DNA from: a virus
Virus record (IMG/VR): IMGVR_UViG_3300014039_000004
DNA length: 64,000 bases
Reading direction: 5' to 3' (one strand)
Each line of letters opens with the position of its first letter. The first letter of the stretch is position 1. The translations under genes and the position numbers were made by a program. This document shows positions 1 through 10,173 of the stretch, piece after piece. The notes below the pieces were generated by a model. The model did no database searches. It was not told where the DNA came from and saw only the letters and a program-made list of their open reading frames with translations.

Positions 1-75
1 AAAATTACTAAGATTATTAACTTTATTACGAAGTTCTTTATGTTCTTTGATAATTCTTTCTACAAAATCTTTCAT
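1..75 (-). CDS. hypothetical protein, 5' part only (gene continues past the left edge)
   Basis: ATG at 75-73 on the minus strand. The frame is open to position 1 (MKDFVERIIKEHKELRNKVNNLSNF...). Co-oriented with neighbouring genes. Confidence 0.4.
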   Translation of the reverse strand, partial: MKDFVERIIKEHKELRNKVNNLSNF

Positions 76-87
76 ATCTTTAAAATT

Positions 88-534
88 TTAATTATTAATA
101 TTATTGCCTGTACTTCCAAAACCATTATCAGCTCTAGTAGTATTATTAATTACATCATTGTATTCTACTAATTTTGCTTGTTCTACTTTAGATACAACCA
201 TTTGTGCTATATAATCTCCATGACTAATAGTAACAGTTGAATTACTAAGATTACAAATAATAACTTTAATTTCACCTGTATAATCAGAATCAATAGTAGC
301 AGGTTCATTTAGAACAATTATACCAAATTTAGCAGTATTACCTGATTTAGACCTAATTTGAACTTCATATCCTTTAGGTATTCTAAGATATATACCTGTA
401 GAAATAATTGCTCTTTGTAAAGGATTCAATACAAAAGTCTTTTTATTATTACATTGTAAATCCATACCACTACTACCTTCTGTAGCATATTTAGGTAATG
501 GAAAATCACTTTTATTAATTATTCCAAGTTCCAT
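88..534 (-). CDS. dut: dUTP pyrophosphatase (dUTPase)
   Basis: 148 aa. Trimeric dUTPase motifs GSSGMDL, RSKSG and IDSDYTGEI, plus C-terminal RADNGFGSTG. Confidence 0.92.
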   Translation of the reverse strand: MELGIINKSDFPLPKYATEGSSGMDLQCNNKKTFVLNPLQRAIISTGIYLRIPKGYEVQIRSKSGNTAKFGIIVLNEPATIDSDYTGEIKVIICNLSNSTVTISHGDYIAQMVVSKVEQAKLVEYNDVINNTTRADNGFGSTGNNINN

Positions 535-599
535 ATTTTTATAACTTTAAGTAATTGCAAATATAATAACAAGTTTACAACTAACCAAGTAATTAACAT

Positions 600-616
600 T
601 TCTTCTACAGGGGAGG
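600..616 (+). repeat. 17-nt motif, forward: TTCTTCTACAGGGGAGG
   Basis: Intergenic, between 88..534 and 664..1731. Confidence 0.85.
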
Positions 617-663
617 TAGTCAAGATAAAGAAAACTTATATCAAGACTACCTATAATATAAAA

Positions 664-1731
664 CTAAGCACTAGCTAAAGAATAAGCATCTATTAATGCT
701 TTATTCATAGCTCTATTAGCTCCCCCGTAAAGAAGTGAATCTACTCGTTTTTCACCACTCATATCTACTACATTAGAATAATAACCTGTTATAGCATTAT
801 ATGCTCCCCAAGCAGTATTTCTAATATCATGTTGACCTATTCCATCATGATAATAAGAAAAAATCTTGTTAATAGTATTTATTTTACGAGAACTAATATT
901 AGTTACTTCTTTAATTGTATAGTCATTTAATAATAGTCTTTCATATCCTCGTTTACTATCATAAGCATTTAAATCTTCAATTTCTTTGTTAGTAAGTTGT
1001 GTATTAGCAATATATTTCATTACAGCTTCATCACTCATACCAATACATAAAAGACTATTATATAATTGTTCTGTATTTTTAGCATATTCACAGGCTATTC
1101 TTAATATTTGAGCACCACTTTCAAGTTTTTCTTTAGCTCCCACAGTATGCTTAATTCTGATATAAGCATCAGCTCCTTTTAAAGCACTATTAAGCATGTT
1201 TGTACAAATAACTCTTATAGGAGTAAACAAAATATTAATAGATGTACTTCCATCATGACTACTACCAAATACAAGATAGTTATCTATTTTATCTTTACCT
1301 ACAATAGTTTCTGTTGGAAGTTTAGCACTAATAAATATTTTATGTCCATGACCAAAATATCCAGCAGTATCCCAAACAGCTTTATCTTTTCCAATAGCAT
1401 CATTAAAGAAAGCAAAAGCATCTCTATTTTGAACTACTTCATATTTATCTTTAACAATACCTAAAGGAATATTATAATCTGTTCTATATGTAGCATAAGC
1501 ATTATCACAATCTCGATAAATATTACCTTTATAGGCAAAACTATCTTTATTATTAACATCATTATTACCTTTTATATTAAAAGGCATTTTAGCTACAAGA
1601 TTACACTTTTGAACATTAAAATTAAGACCTGCTGCTTCAATAGCTTCTTGTGCAGTAGTACATTTAGAAACATCTTTTCCTATACCACTTCTCCAAGGAA
1701 GTCCTTTAACATTATACTCCATATTGTTCAA
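664..1731 (-). CDS. DUF932-like phage/plasmid protein, function unknown
   Basis: 355 aa. N-terminal GLPWRSGIGKDV...TAQEAIEAAGLNFNVQK resembles the DUF932/TIGR03299 family from memory; not searched. Confidence 0.4.
   Translation of the reverse strand: MNNMEYNVKGLPWRSGIGKDVSKCTTAQEAIEAAGLNFNVQKCNLVAKMPFNIKGNNDVNNKDSFAYKGNIYRDCDNAYATYRTDYNIPLGIVKDKYEVVQNRDAFAFFNDAIGKDKAVWDTAGYFGHGHKIFISAKLPTETIVGKDKIDNYLVFGSSHDGSTSINILFTPIRVICTNMLNSALKGADAYIRIKHTVGAKEKLESGAQILRIACEYAKNTEQLYNSLLCIGMSDEAVMKYIANTQLTNKEIEDLNAYDSKRGYERLLLNDYTIKEVTNISSRKINTINKIFSYYHDGIGQHDIRNTAWGAYNAITGYYSNVVDMSGEKRVDSLLYGGANRAMNKALIDAYSLASA
719..735 (-). repeat. 17-nt motif, reverse, 1-nt deletion variant (GCTCCCCCGTAAAGAAG on the plus strand)
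   Basis: Inside 664..1731, translated as LLYGGAN. Confidence 0.55.
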
Positions 1732-2167
1732 TTTTTATATTATACTTTTTTAAAAGTTTAATACCATCATCTTTACGATATTTATCAAGATATACAACTC
1801 GTTTAATACCTGCTTGAATAATAAGTTTAGCACAATCAATACAAGGAGAATGAGTTATATAAAGAGTAGTATTTTTTGTAGCAATACCATCTTTTGCACA
1901 TTTTAAAATAGCATTAGATTCAGCATGTAAAACTTCATCTTTAGTTTTAAAGTATTTACAATTTCTACAAAATTTAACTTCGGTACAATTATCAATACCT
2001 TTAGTACATGTTTCACATGTATTATTAAAACCACTAGGAGTACCATTATAACCATCAGATATAATATGATTATCTTTAATTATAACAGCACCTACTTTAA
2101 GTTTAATAGCTGTACTTTGTTTAGCACATTGTACAGCTATATTAAGACAATATTTATCTATATCCAT
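1712..2167 (-). CDS. deoxycytidylate (dCMP) deaminase
   Basis: 151 aa. Zinc-binding signatures HAESNAI (H-A-E) and PCIDCAK (P-C-x-x-C), with VGAVII...DGYNG upstream. Confidence 0.85.
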   Translation of the reverse strand: MDIDKYCLNIAVQCAKQSTAIKLKVGAVIIKDNHIISDGYNGTPSGFNNTCETCTKGIDNCTEVKFCRNCKYFKTKDEVLHAESNAILKCAKDGIATKNTTLYITHSPCIDCAKLIIQAGIKRVVYLDKYRKDDGIKLLKKYNIKIEQYGV

Positions 2168-2353
2168 TTAAATAAAATCATAAAATATAATACTATCATT
2201 ATCTCCAATAACTGATTTAACAGTAATTTCAGATTCAGGTTCTGATTCAATAAGAACTTGAACAGGAACATTATCATTTTCACTATTCATTTGTTCAACT
2301 AGATTTTTTAAATCTTTAAAAGTTAAACCATTTTTATTATCAATTCGTACCAT
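2168..2353 (-). CDS. hypothetical protein
   Basis: 61-aa ORF tightly packed between co-oriented genes. Confidence 0.5.
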   Translation of the reverse strand: MVRIDNKNGLTFKDLKNLVEQMNSENDNVPVQVLIESEPESEITVKSVIGDNDSIIFYDFI

Positions 2354-2356
2354 AAT

Positions 2357-3091
2357 TTATTTAATATTAATATTATTTTTAGTAACTTTACTAGCATAAT
2401 TAGGAAGTTTATTTTGTTGTTTTAAAGCAAATTTATCAATATTTGCTTTAGTATTAATTAAACTAGTATAATTAAGAATATCTTTAATAAGTAATTTTCC
2501 TTTATCTGTAGTAAGAATATCTTTAATATTTACATCAAAATTCAAATTACTACTTAAAGACAATAAATCATCTTTAGTAATTTTATATTCTTCAGCAGTA
2601 AGACCTTGATTAATATAATTTATTATATCATCAATATTAAGTTCTTGTTGATTTTCAGTATTAGTATATCTAAGCCATTCAAAATAACTAATTACTTTAT
2701 TTATAGTATTATTTATTTTATCAGTATCTATATCAATAACTGTAGATTTTCTAATAGAACATTGTCCTGTTCCCCAATCAATATATTGAACTCCATTTTT
2801 CTTAGTATCTCCAAAATTAATAATAGCTGTTACTAAAATATCTTTAAGTCTATTCATAGTAGACTCTTTACTTTTTTGAAGAGCATTAAGTCTATTTTTT
2901 TCTTCTTTAATAGCATTAATATCTGTTTCAAATTGTTGAATTACTTTAGTATAATCTCTAACTTTAGTTTTAAAATTATCTTGTGTAATTTTAAGAGCAT
3001 TTTCTAATTCAGGAGTTAATTCTCCATCATTATCTTCTATTTGTTCAAAAATAGAAAGAAGATTTTGTTGAATATCATAAATATTATTCAT
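2357..3091 (-). CDS. hypothetical coiled-coil protein (possibly Sipho_Gp157-like)
   Basis: 244 aa. N-terminal heptad-rich region (LTPELENALKITQDNFKTKVRDYTKVIQQFETDINAIKEEKNRL) is reminiscent of Gp157-family proteins. Weak assignment. Confidence 0.45.
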   Translation of the reverse strand: MNNIYDIQQNLLSIFEQIEDNDGELTPELENALKITQDNFKTKVRDYTKVIQQFETDINAIKEEKNRLNALQKSKESTMNRLKDILVTAIINFGDTKKNGVQYIDWGTGQCSIRKSTVIDIDTDKINNTINKVISYFEWLRYTNTENQQELNIDDIINYINQGLTAEEYKITKDDLLSLSSNLNFDVNIKDILTTDKGKLLIKDILNYTSLINTKANIDKFALKQQNKLPNYASKVTKNNINIK

Positions 3092-3270
3092 ACTTCTACT
3101 ATAGTTTCTATTTTAGTATCTGTAAACATCCAACTACATTCATCTATATTAAAACCATAAGATTCAAGTAATTGTTCACTTTCAAGTTTTTTATCTTTAT
3201 CAGTAAGTTCTATTTGATAAATCATGCCTGTAGCATAATCTAAAATATAACAATATTTATCACCGTTCAT
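3088..3270 (-). CDS. hypothetical protein
   Basis: 60-aa ORF. Its start overlaps the upstream stop by 4 nt, suggesting translational coupling. Confidence 0.5.
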   Translation of the reverse strand: MNGDKYCYILDYATGMIYQIELTDKDKKLESEQLLESYGFNIDECSWMFTDTKIETIVEV

Positions 3271-3454
3271 GTCCGTGTTCAGTAAAGATTCTAGTTTTAT
3301 TTATTTTACCACAATTACTACATCTATTAATAATAACTTTACCAATAGGATTACCTTTTAAATCAGTAAAAATTTCTTCTTTATAAACTTCATATTTATG
3401 AAGTCCAAGAAGTTTACACCATACATTTTGATTCATATTCTTTAATTTTATCAT
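3260..3454 (-). CDS. hypothetical small protein with C-x-x-C
   Basis: 64 aa, contains RCSNCGK. Co-oriented and overlaps its neighbours. Confidence 0.5.
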   Translation of the reverse strand: MIKLKNMNQNVWCKLLGLHKYEVYKEEIFTDLKGNPIGKVIINRCSNCGKINKTRIFTEHGHER

Positions 3455-3689
3455 TTATAACTTTAGTTGATACAATACCTATAAATCTTGTAATTTCTTC
3501 ATGTTTATCATTAAACAAAATACTAGTAGGAAGACTTTTTATACTCCATTTATCAGCTTCATTAAAAATATCATCATCATCACAAGATTTAATATAAACA
3601 TTACAATTAGGTGGATTATTATTTAATTGCTTTTTAAAAGCAGTACACATACCACACCAACTAGCAGTAAATACATCTAAATCAAGCAT
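3414..3689 (-). CDS. thioredoxin-like protein
   Basis: Internal start MLDLDVFTASWCGMCTAFKK carries a W-C-x-x-C redox motif. The longer ORF to 3800 overlaps thyX and was trimmed to ATG 3689. Confidence 0.6.
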   Translation of the reverse strand: MLDLDVFTASWCGMCTAFKKQLNNNPPNCNVYIKSCDDDDIFNEADKWSIKSLPTSILFNDKHEEITRFIGIVSTKVINDKIKEYESKCMV

Positions 3690-4566
3690 TTTTACTAAGA
3701 TTTTTAGGATTGTAAAATTGATAACCACAATTTTCAAGTTCTTCTTTAACTTTAGATATAACATCTTTAGCATCAGGATGTGGTTTACCTGTAGAACCAA
3801 AATAACGAAGATTAATTATATGTCTCCAATCTTTAATAGTATAAGTATAAACTACAGTACTTATAGTATCAAGAAATAAACAAAATCTTGCATCTTCTGG
3901 TTTAAGATTAAGACCATATTTACTTCTAGCTATTCTATAAAACCATTCATCAAGTTTACACATAATATTATATAGACATTTTCTATAAATATTAGTATTA
4001 AACATCCAATGACATTTTTTAAATCGAATACCAATTTTCTTTGTAAAATCTACATATCTAGTACTTTGTTCAGCTATAGCATTAGGAGATTTACGATTAA
4101 GTTCACGAGTTATGTCAATACCTGTTTTAATAATAAAAGTATGATAAATTAAATCATGAAGATAAAATTCTTCAGTATTTTTAGCTGTATCATAATCAAC
4201 TTCATATTTATTGATTTTATCAAATAACCTAATATAATCATATCTAGTTTGCATATTACAACTAAGATAAAGATTATAATTTGAATAATAACTATTAAGA
4301 TATGTTACAGGAATTTCAAGTATATTACGTCTTAATTCTTCATCATTTTTAATATCTTTAAAAGGTATAACAAAATATAATCCAGCATGACGAAACATAC
4401 TTATATGACCTTTATTAAATAGTCTTTTACAAAAGTTGATATTACTTTGTGTATCATTTTTTATTCTATCAAGACTATTATAACAAACTCTAGCACAATA
4501 TTCAATATGATTATAAGGATTAGAATTTTGTGGAATATATTCTACACTATTAGTTATTATTTTCAT
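3682..4566 (-). CDS. thyX: flavin-dependent thymidylate synthase ThyX
   Basis: 294 aa. ThyX-type segment RELNRKSPNAIAEQSTRYVDF (S-x-R-Y signature) and N-terminal HISMFRHAGLYF. Confidence 0.85.
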   Translation of the reverse strand: MKIITNSVEYIPQNSNPYNHIEYCARVCYNSLDRIKNDTQSNINFCKRLFNKGHISMFRHAGLYFVIPFKDIKNDEELRRNILEIPVTYLNSYYSNYNLYLSCNMQTRYDYIRLFDKINKYEVDYDTAKNTEEFYLHDLIYHTFIIKTGIDITRELNRKSPNAIAEQSTRYVDFTKKIGIRFKKCHWMFNTNIYRKCLYNIMCKLDEWFYRIARSKYGLNLKPEDARFCLFLDTISTVVYTYTIKDWRHIINLRYFGSTGKPHPDAKDVISKVKEELENCGYQFYNPKNLSKNA

Positions 4567-4849
4567 CTTGTTCTTTCTTTATTTTAATTTGACGAAGTTT
4601 TTCAGTACAAATATGAATAATCTTTTTATATTTAGTTTCTTCACTTTCACCTTCTTTATGTCTACCAATACGTTTAACTATATCAGCATCCCAAGGGTCA
4701 AGATTCCAATCAAGCCATATAGACCAAGGTTGTATAGTACGTTTACTATAATCACTTGCTCCTACATTATGTTCTCTTGAATTAAAAGTTTCTTTATTGA
4801 TAATTCCAAGAGCTATAAGTTTATCAGCTAATTTATCATTAATTTCCAT
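4550..4849 (-). CDS. DUF3310-like protein
   Basis: 99 aa. GASDYSKRTIQPWSIWLDW...DADIVKRIGRHKEG resembles DUF3310 phage proteins from memory. Confidence 0.45.
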   Translation of the reverse strand: MEINDKLADKLIALGIINKETFNSREHNVGASDYSKRTIQPWSIWLDWNLDPWDADIVKRIGRHKEGESEETKYKKIIHICTEKLRQIKIKKEQDENNN

Positions 4850-4940
4850 ATTATTAATATTAGTTTTACAAAGTTAATTAAAATAATTTAAAATATTACA
4901 TTTCATATAATATTTTAATTTTTAATTTAAGCTCATAAAA

Positions 4941-4988
4941 TTATGTGGCTTTATAGTTAATCAGATTAAACTATAAAAAGCCACATAA
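4941..4988 (-). terminator. hairpin terminator downstream of 5018..5449
   Basis: ttatgtggctttatagtt (4941-4958) pairs with aactataaaaagccacataa (4969-4988), about 18 bp with a small bulge. A U-run follows on the minus strand. Confidence 0.6.
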
Positions 4989-5017
4989 CTAAAAAGAAGT
5001 ATATTCTTATTAATTTA

Positions 5018-5449
5018 TTATTCATCTATAATATTATCGTTAGTCATTTTCTTGAAAATACTTTCAAAAGCATCAACTTCATCATCAATAGTAGGTTGAA
5101 GAGCACCAAATGTTGTAGGATAACTTTTAAGAAGATTATGAAATTTCCATAGTCTCATATCATTACTATCACATTTAGCTATAAGTTCAAGTAATAAAAA
5201 ACTAACAAGTTCTACATTATCATCAAATTGTTTTAATTCATCTTTAGTAAGTTTATCCATAGCACATACTCTAAAGTATTTACTAGTCCAAACTATACTA
5301 TTCCATTCACGTTTTTCAGTAAAAGGTATTTTAACTTTAGCATCATTATGTTCATGAATCATTTTTGCAACAAGTTTACCTAAAGCACAAGCACCTACAA
5401 TAAGAGTATTAGTGAATTGATTAAGATGTTCTAATTTATTTATACACAT
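5018..5449 (-). CDS. hypothetical protein
   Basis: 143-aa ORF. Its ATG (5449) directly abuts a copy of the dispersed 17-nt motif (5450-5466). Confidence 0.6.
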   Translation of the reverse strand: MCINKLEHLNQFTNTLIVGACALGKLVAKMIHEHNDAKVKIPFTEKREWNSIVWTSKYFRVCAMDKLTKDELKQFDDNVELVSFLLLELIAKCDSNDMRLWKFHNLLKSYPTTFGALQPTIDDEVDAFESIFKKMTNDNIIDE

Positions 5450-5466
5450 TTCTTCTACAGGGGAGC
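5450..5466 (+). repeat. 17-nt motif, forward: TTCTTCTACAGGGGAGC
   Basis: Intergenic. Abuts the start codon of 5018..5449. Confidence 0.85.
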
Positions 5467-5473
5467 TAATATA

Positions 5474-5827
5474 TTAAACATCTAAATAATAAACAGTACT
5501 ATCTGTATTATCTTCAATTAACTTAATATTGATATTTATAGGTTTAGTAATATTTTTAAGAGTAGTATATTTCCATATACTTCTTACATTAATATTAAAT
5601 CTACCAAAATTATCAATATTAGTAAGTTTACAAGATTTATTGATACATTTATCTGTAAATATTAAATAATAATTTGTAGTATCATTATCTTTATTATATC
5701 TTTTACCAATATAATAATATTTACGTGTATTAAATTCTCTACTAAATAAACGATATTTACTAGGATAAATCCAAGTTTTAGTTTTATCTATTTTTTCATT
5801 TACTACATCATATAATATTAGATTCAT
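5474..5827 (-). CDS. hypothetical protein
   Basis: ORF 5474..5902 trimmed to the internal ATG at 5827 (MNLILYDVVNEK...), which lies just after the ligase stop (5829). Confidence 0.55.
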   Translation of the reverse strand: MNLILYDVVNEKIDKTKTWIYPSKYRLFSREFNTRKYYYIGKRYNKDNDTTNYYLIFTDKCINKSCKLTNIDNFGRFNINVRSIWKYTTLKNITKPININIKLIEDNTDSTVYYLDV

Positions 5828-5828
5828 A

Positions 5829-7028
5829 TTAAATTTTAATATTAATTCCTTTAGCATGAAATGGTACTTGTTTAATACCACTTCGTTCTCTATATTCAAC
5901 AAACATTAAATGACCAATATAAACTTCTTTATTTTTTAAAATATTTTCTTGATAATCTTGAGGTTTATTAAGAGTACATTCAAATGTTTCATCATTAATA
6001 TCATTTTTTAGAACAAATTTAGGAAGATGACTTCTTTTAATACCTTCAGGAATTATATCAATAATAGTAAAATAACCATCTGCAATCTTTTTAAATTTAA
6101 GCATTGCATTATTACGTTTTCCACCAAATTGATAAGAAGTATTTTCTTCTCTAATAACAAGTCCTTCAAATCCTAAAGCAATATTAATGTCTCTTACTTC
6201 TATAGCTTTATCAATATTACTAATATAACTTTGAGGTAAAAGAACAAATTGTTTCTTATTATTAAGATGTTCTTCTTTAGTATTAAATTTACCTAAATAA
6301 TCACTAAAAGAATATTCAAGTTTAGTATATCTAGCTATAGCAGACATACCTTCAATAACTAAATCATAACACCAAAATTGAAGTTGATAATGTTGAGGAA
6401 GTTCTATATTTTTAATAAAACTATTAATATCATTAATATTATAACCTGGAAGATATAATTCTCCATCAAGAGCTACATTTTCATCTATCATCATAATAAG
6501 TAAATCTCTTGGTATTTTTGGAAGAATATAATTATCAAGATATGAAAGTTTATTAGTCCAATCAATTCCAGTTCTACTACGATAATTTAATATTATTTTA
6601 TTAAATAAATCATTAGTTTTAGTAGCAGTAATTAGACATCGTTCACCATTAATTTTCCATTCTCCAAAATAATTACCTCTAAGAAAAGGTTTATTATTTT
6701 CAAGAGTTTTACAAAGCATTGGTATAAATGCTCCATTATTATCTGTATTATATTTAGGAAGATAAGTATCAAGATAACTTAGTAATCCTTTTTCATAATT
6801 TAAATAATCAGGAGCATTATCATATAAATCACTTATAGCTTTATATCCTTCTCTTCGTTTAGCAGCTATTAAAGATGTAACTTCATCTGTAATAGGTCTA
6901 TTAGTATAAATAGTTTCTGTATGTCCTACTCTACCAACAAGACCATAAGTAACTTCTATAATCAAACCTGTTGTATTTATTTTCCAAAAGATAGGTTGTC
7001 CTTTAGCATTACGTTTAAATAATTCCAT
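5829..7028 (-). CDS. ATP-dependent DNA ligase
   Basis: 399 aa. Adenylation motif EWKINGERCLI (K-x-[DN]-G-x-R) and motifs GFEGLVIRE and AMLKFKK. Confidence 0.85.
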   Translation of the reverse strand: MELFKRNAKGQPIFWKINTTGLIIEVTYGLVGRVGHTETIYTNRPITDEVTSLIAAKRREGYKAISDLYDNAPDYLNYEKGLLSYLDTYLPKYNTDNNGAFIPMLCKTLENNKPFLRGNYFGEWKINGERCLITATKTNDLFNKIILNYRSRTGIDWTNKLSYLDNYILPKIPRDLLIMMIDENVALDGELYLPGYNINDINSFIKNIELPQHYQLQFWCYDLVIEGMSAIARYTKLEYSFSDYLGKFNTKEEHLNNKKQFVLLPQSYISNIDKAIEVRDINIALGFEGLVIREENTSYQFGGKRNNAMLKFKKIADGYFTIIDIIPEGIKRSHLPKFVLKNDINDETFECTLNKPQDYQENILKNKEVYIGHLMFVEYRERSGIKQVPFHAKGINIKI

Positions 7029-7029
7029 A

Positions 7030-7527
7030 TTATTTTATAGGTTTTATATTAATACTAAGATTATTTAATTTAGCAACTTTAGCTGTAAGTTTTCTTTCAG
7101 CAACAGATTGTTTTTTAGGTTTATCAAAACCTTCAATAACAGTTTGTGTATGTTTTATATTTTTTCTTTTAGTTTTAGTTTTAGTTTTATTTTTATCATA
7201 TATTACAGGAGGATGAAGTTTTTCATATTCAAGATTATTAATATGAATACCTATAATTTTATTATAATAAGCATTTTGTTCTTTTTCGGTAAGACCATAA
7301 TTTTCTATTAAATAAATTAATTGACTTATTCTATGTCTATAAAGCCAACTAATAGTTTGAACATAAGTTTTATCATCTTTCCATATAATAGTACAATCAA
7401 TAAGGTCTATTATAAATTTAATAGCATTATGAATACCTTTTTCTTCTACTTCATGTTTTAAAAAATTAATATGTACATTATCTAAAACATGAGTATATTT
7501 ACCAATATTTTTACTAATATCAATCAT
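7030..7527 (-). CDS. hypothetical protein
   Basis: 165-aa ORF with a lysine-rich C-terminal half. Confidence 0.6.
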   Translation of the reverse strand: MIDISKNIGKYTHVLDNVHINFLKHEVEEKGIHNAIKFIIDLIDCTIIWKDDKTYVQTISWLYRHRISQLIYLIENYGLTEKEQNAYYNKIIGIHINNLEYEKLHPPVIYDKNKTKTKTKRKNIKHTQTVIEGFDKPKKQSVAERKLTAKVAKLNNLSINIKPIK

Positions 7528-7994
7528 ATTACTTTTCTAAACAATACTATACGTTCAGGTTTACCTAAACATCCATGAGCAAATTGAGCAACTATAGCAG
7601 GATTCCAAGTTTCAGTCCAACCACATCGTCTTTCAGTAGAAGTACATGTATGTTCTTTATAATTATAACCATTACGAATATGTATACCACTAAATCCTGT
7701 TAAGTAATCTAAAAAATCAAAATCTTCAATATCATACATATCATCACTTCCAGTATTAAAATCTACTTGTCCATAACAATAAGTATTATTAAGATTTATA
7801 CTAAAATTTTGATTACCTCTTATTACATCAAGTTGTTTATTAGCATCAAGAAGTTTTTCCTCTTCTTTACTAATATAAGTCATATATAATAAAACAGTTT
7901 TTCTATTAGGTTCTTTATGACTACTAAGTAAATGGTAATCCTTCATAATAGGCATTGGTATCTGAAATGCCTGTTTTGTATTTAAGTTCAACAT
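7524..7994 (-). CDS. hypothetical protein (start uncertain)
   Basis: 156-aa ORF. The first ~23 codons overlap the primase 3' end, so the true start may be an internal Met. Confidence 0.5.
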   Translation of the reverse strand: MLNLNTKQAFQIPMPIMKDYHLLSSHKEPNRKTVLLYMTYISKEEEKLLDANKQLDVIRGNQNFSINLNNTYCYGQVDFNTGSDDMYDIEDFDFLDYLTGFSGIHIRNGYNYKEHTCTSTERRCGWTETWNPAIVAQFAHGCLGKPERIVLFRKVI

Positions 7995-9138
7995 ATCTTA
8001 TAGTTTCTTTAATAAATTGATTAATTTCATTAATAGAATACTTATCGTGTAAATCAGCAAAATCTTTACAATCGTAATTATAAAGACCTAATTCACCACG
8101 AGTAATAAATATGTATGGTATATTATAAGTTTCTTTTAAATATTTAGCACCATTTCTACCTGTATTATCAAAATCAAGTAAACTTAATATTATACCATTA
8201 TCTTTAAGTTTATTTTTAAGCCATTGATATTCATTATCTTTAAGTTTATAATTTTCACTAGGAAGATTGATAATACCAATATTTAGTTTAGTATTAGCTC
8301 CCCCGTAGAAGAATATTTGACTTAAATGACTACCAATACTTAGTCTATCTTTTGTACTTTTTGTTATAAGAATATAATCATAATTATCAAGTTCTAAATT
8401 AAGAAGTCCTTCTAAAACATTTGCATTAGTTACAAATTTAAGTTCAAGACTTCTATTACGTAAAGGAAAATATAGTTTAATAAGATAAATACCTGTTCTA
8501 GTTTGACCTAACATATAAGCATAACACGGGTCTTTAGCTTTATAATAATATTTTGGTTTACTATTAACACTTCTATCTATATAATATTGGTCTACAGGTA
8601 TTACAAAATGAGTATTAAGATAATTAAGAGAAATGTTCCATCTGTTCCATATTCTTTTATCATCTTTATTCCAACTACGAGGTACTATTTCAATAATAGG
8701 CCTACGTTGTTTTGCTATTTTAATAGCACCTTTAATTAGTTCTGTTACATTTTCATCTGTTTCTTTATTATCAATAATATTACTAAAAGTATGAGCTATA
8801 TGTTTTAGAATAAAATAAAAATCTTGTTTATTATTAGGTTCTATTTTTCTACCATAAGCTAATGATAATACATAAGCTACAGTACCATAAACATCTTCAA
8901 AGAAACCAAAACCTCCAAAATCTCTAACTTTTAATCTACCTTTAGCATTATACTGAATACCCATACTTTTATTAGTATCATCATCCCTAAATACAGAATT
9001 AATAAGATGATTATTTTCAATACAATCTTTTACTATTTCAATAGGAATATCAAGATACTTACTTACTATTAATTCTTGTGAAACTTTAGATTCAATATAA
9101 TCTTTAGTAAGATTTGTAGTATAAGGATTACGCTTCAT
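7924..9138 (-). CDS. DNA primase, DnaG/TOPRIM-like
   Basis: TOPRIM-like acidic motif LLDFDNTGRNGAKYL near the C-terminus. Position upstream of the replication genes. Start set to MKRNPYTT (ATG 9138). Confidence 0.55.
   Translation of the reverse strand: MKRNPYTTNLTKDYIESKVSQELIVSKYLDIPIEIVKDCIENNHLINSVFRDDDTNKSMGIQYNAKGRLKVRDFGGFGFFEDVYGTVAYVLSLAYGRKIEPNNKQDFYFILKHIAHTFSNIIDNKETDENVTELIKGAIKIAKQRRPIIEIVPRSWNKDDKRIWNRWNISLNYLNTHFVIPVDQYYIDRSVNSKPKYYYKAKDPCYAYMLGQTRTGIYLIKLYFPLRNRSLELKFVTNANVLEGLLNLELDNYDYILITKSTKDRLSIGSHLSQIFFYGGANTKLNIGIINLPSENYKLKDNEYQWLKNKLKDNGIILSLLDFDNTGRNGAKYLKETYNIPYIFITRGELGLYNYDCKDFADLHDKYSINEINQFIKETIRYVELKYKTGISDTNAYYEGLPFT
8297..8313 (-). repeat. 17-nt motif, reverse (GCTCCCCCGTAGAAGAA on the plus strand)
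   Basis: Inside the primase gene, translated as FFYGGAN. Confidence 0.85.
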
Positions 9139-9228
9139 AAGAAGATAGCATAAAAAAAAGGAGTTAGTATTACAAGTAACACTAACTCCACGAAACAAAA
9201 CAATAATCTATTTTCTACTAATAAAAAT

Positions 9229-10173
9229 TTAGAAAGGTGTATCTACTCCAAAAGGCATTTCTGAACCTGCGGCAGCAAAAGCATCAGTATTACCAGTGTC
9301 ACCCATAGACATATTGCTAGCCATAACACCACCCATTCCTATAGGAGAACCTTGTACTCCAATAGTAGGAACTTTCTTAGTTTCTTTAGGTGTAATAGAT
9401 TCTTTAGCAAGATCAAGTCGAAGTACTGAAGGAGGACAATCTCTCTTAATAATTTCAACTACACCACTACCAATAAATCCATCAAAACCTAAATCACCAT
9501 TAGCGGTAACATTTACCCAATTAGTCTTAACTTTCTTATGTCTAAGTAATTTAAGCCAACAAGGAATCATTTTACCATCAACAGTCTTATAAACAGGCTT
9601 AGCAGTATCTCCATCTTTAAGATTAAAACTACCATTAAGCATAGCAGCAGTATTTTCAAAAATGTATTGATAAGCTGCAATTACAGTTTCAGGTTCAACT
9701 GCAATATATTCTCCAGCATCATTATAATCTTCAAAACTAAGACTAAGAGCCTCTTCTTCTGCTTCTGTTAATTCACGACCTTTAAGATAAAATACATCAA
9801 GAATATGCTTAATCCAATTAAACACATTATTAACTTTCCATTCTTCTTTACCTCCAGGAATAGTAAGAACATTACTTTCTACAGGAAATAAAGACTGATA
9901 CACATGACGTCGCTCAGATACATTAGCATGATTAGATTCAAAATGAAATGTAAGACGAGGAACAGACATTCCTGGAAAAGACTTAGATTCTTCATTTGTA
10001 GACCATTGAACAAGAACTTCTTCAAGATGTCCTACAAACAAACCATTTTGAGCTGCATCTTTTTCATGAAATTTAAGTTGAGCAACAGCTTGAGTTTTGT
10101 TACTTACACCTCTACGATGTTTCTTTGCAGCATTTTGCGCATTAATGGCTGCACCATTTGTGACTTCTGTCAT
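9229..10173 (-). CDS. putative single-stranded DNA-binding protein
   Basis: 314 aa. Visibly higher G+C than neighbours. The C-terminus ...GSEMPFGVDTPF resembles the SSB acidic ...PF tail. Weak assignment. Confidence 0.35.
   Translation of the reverse strand: MTEVTNGAAINAQNAAKKHRRGVSNKTQAVAQLKFHEKDAAQNGLFVGHLEEVLVQWSTNEESKSFPGMSVPRLTFHFESNHANVSERRHVYQSLFPVESNVLTIPGGKEEWKVNNVFNWIKHILDVFYLKGRELTEAEEEALSLSFEDYNDAGEYIAVEPETVIAAYQYIFENTAAMLNGSFNLKDGDTAKPVYKTVDGKMIPCWLKLLRHKKVKTNWVNVTANGDLGFDGFIGSGVVEIIKRDCPPSVLRLDLAKESITPKETKKVPTIGVQGSPIGMGGVMASNMSMGDTGNTDAFAAAGSEMPFGVDTPF

Noticed and set aside
3690-3800. N-terminal extensions of several track ORFs: 3414..3800, 5474..5902, 7924..9198, 21526..21969, 25618..26199, 53810..54193, 55473..56234.
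   Set aside because: The extensions overlap upstream genes, a tRNA-like element or regulatory repeats, and are hydrophobic or low-complexity. Internal ATGs just after the upstream stop give compact, plausible genes.
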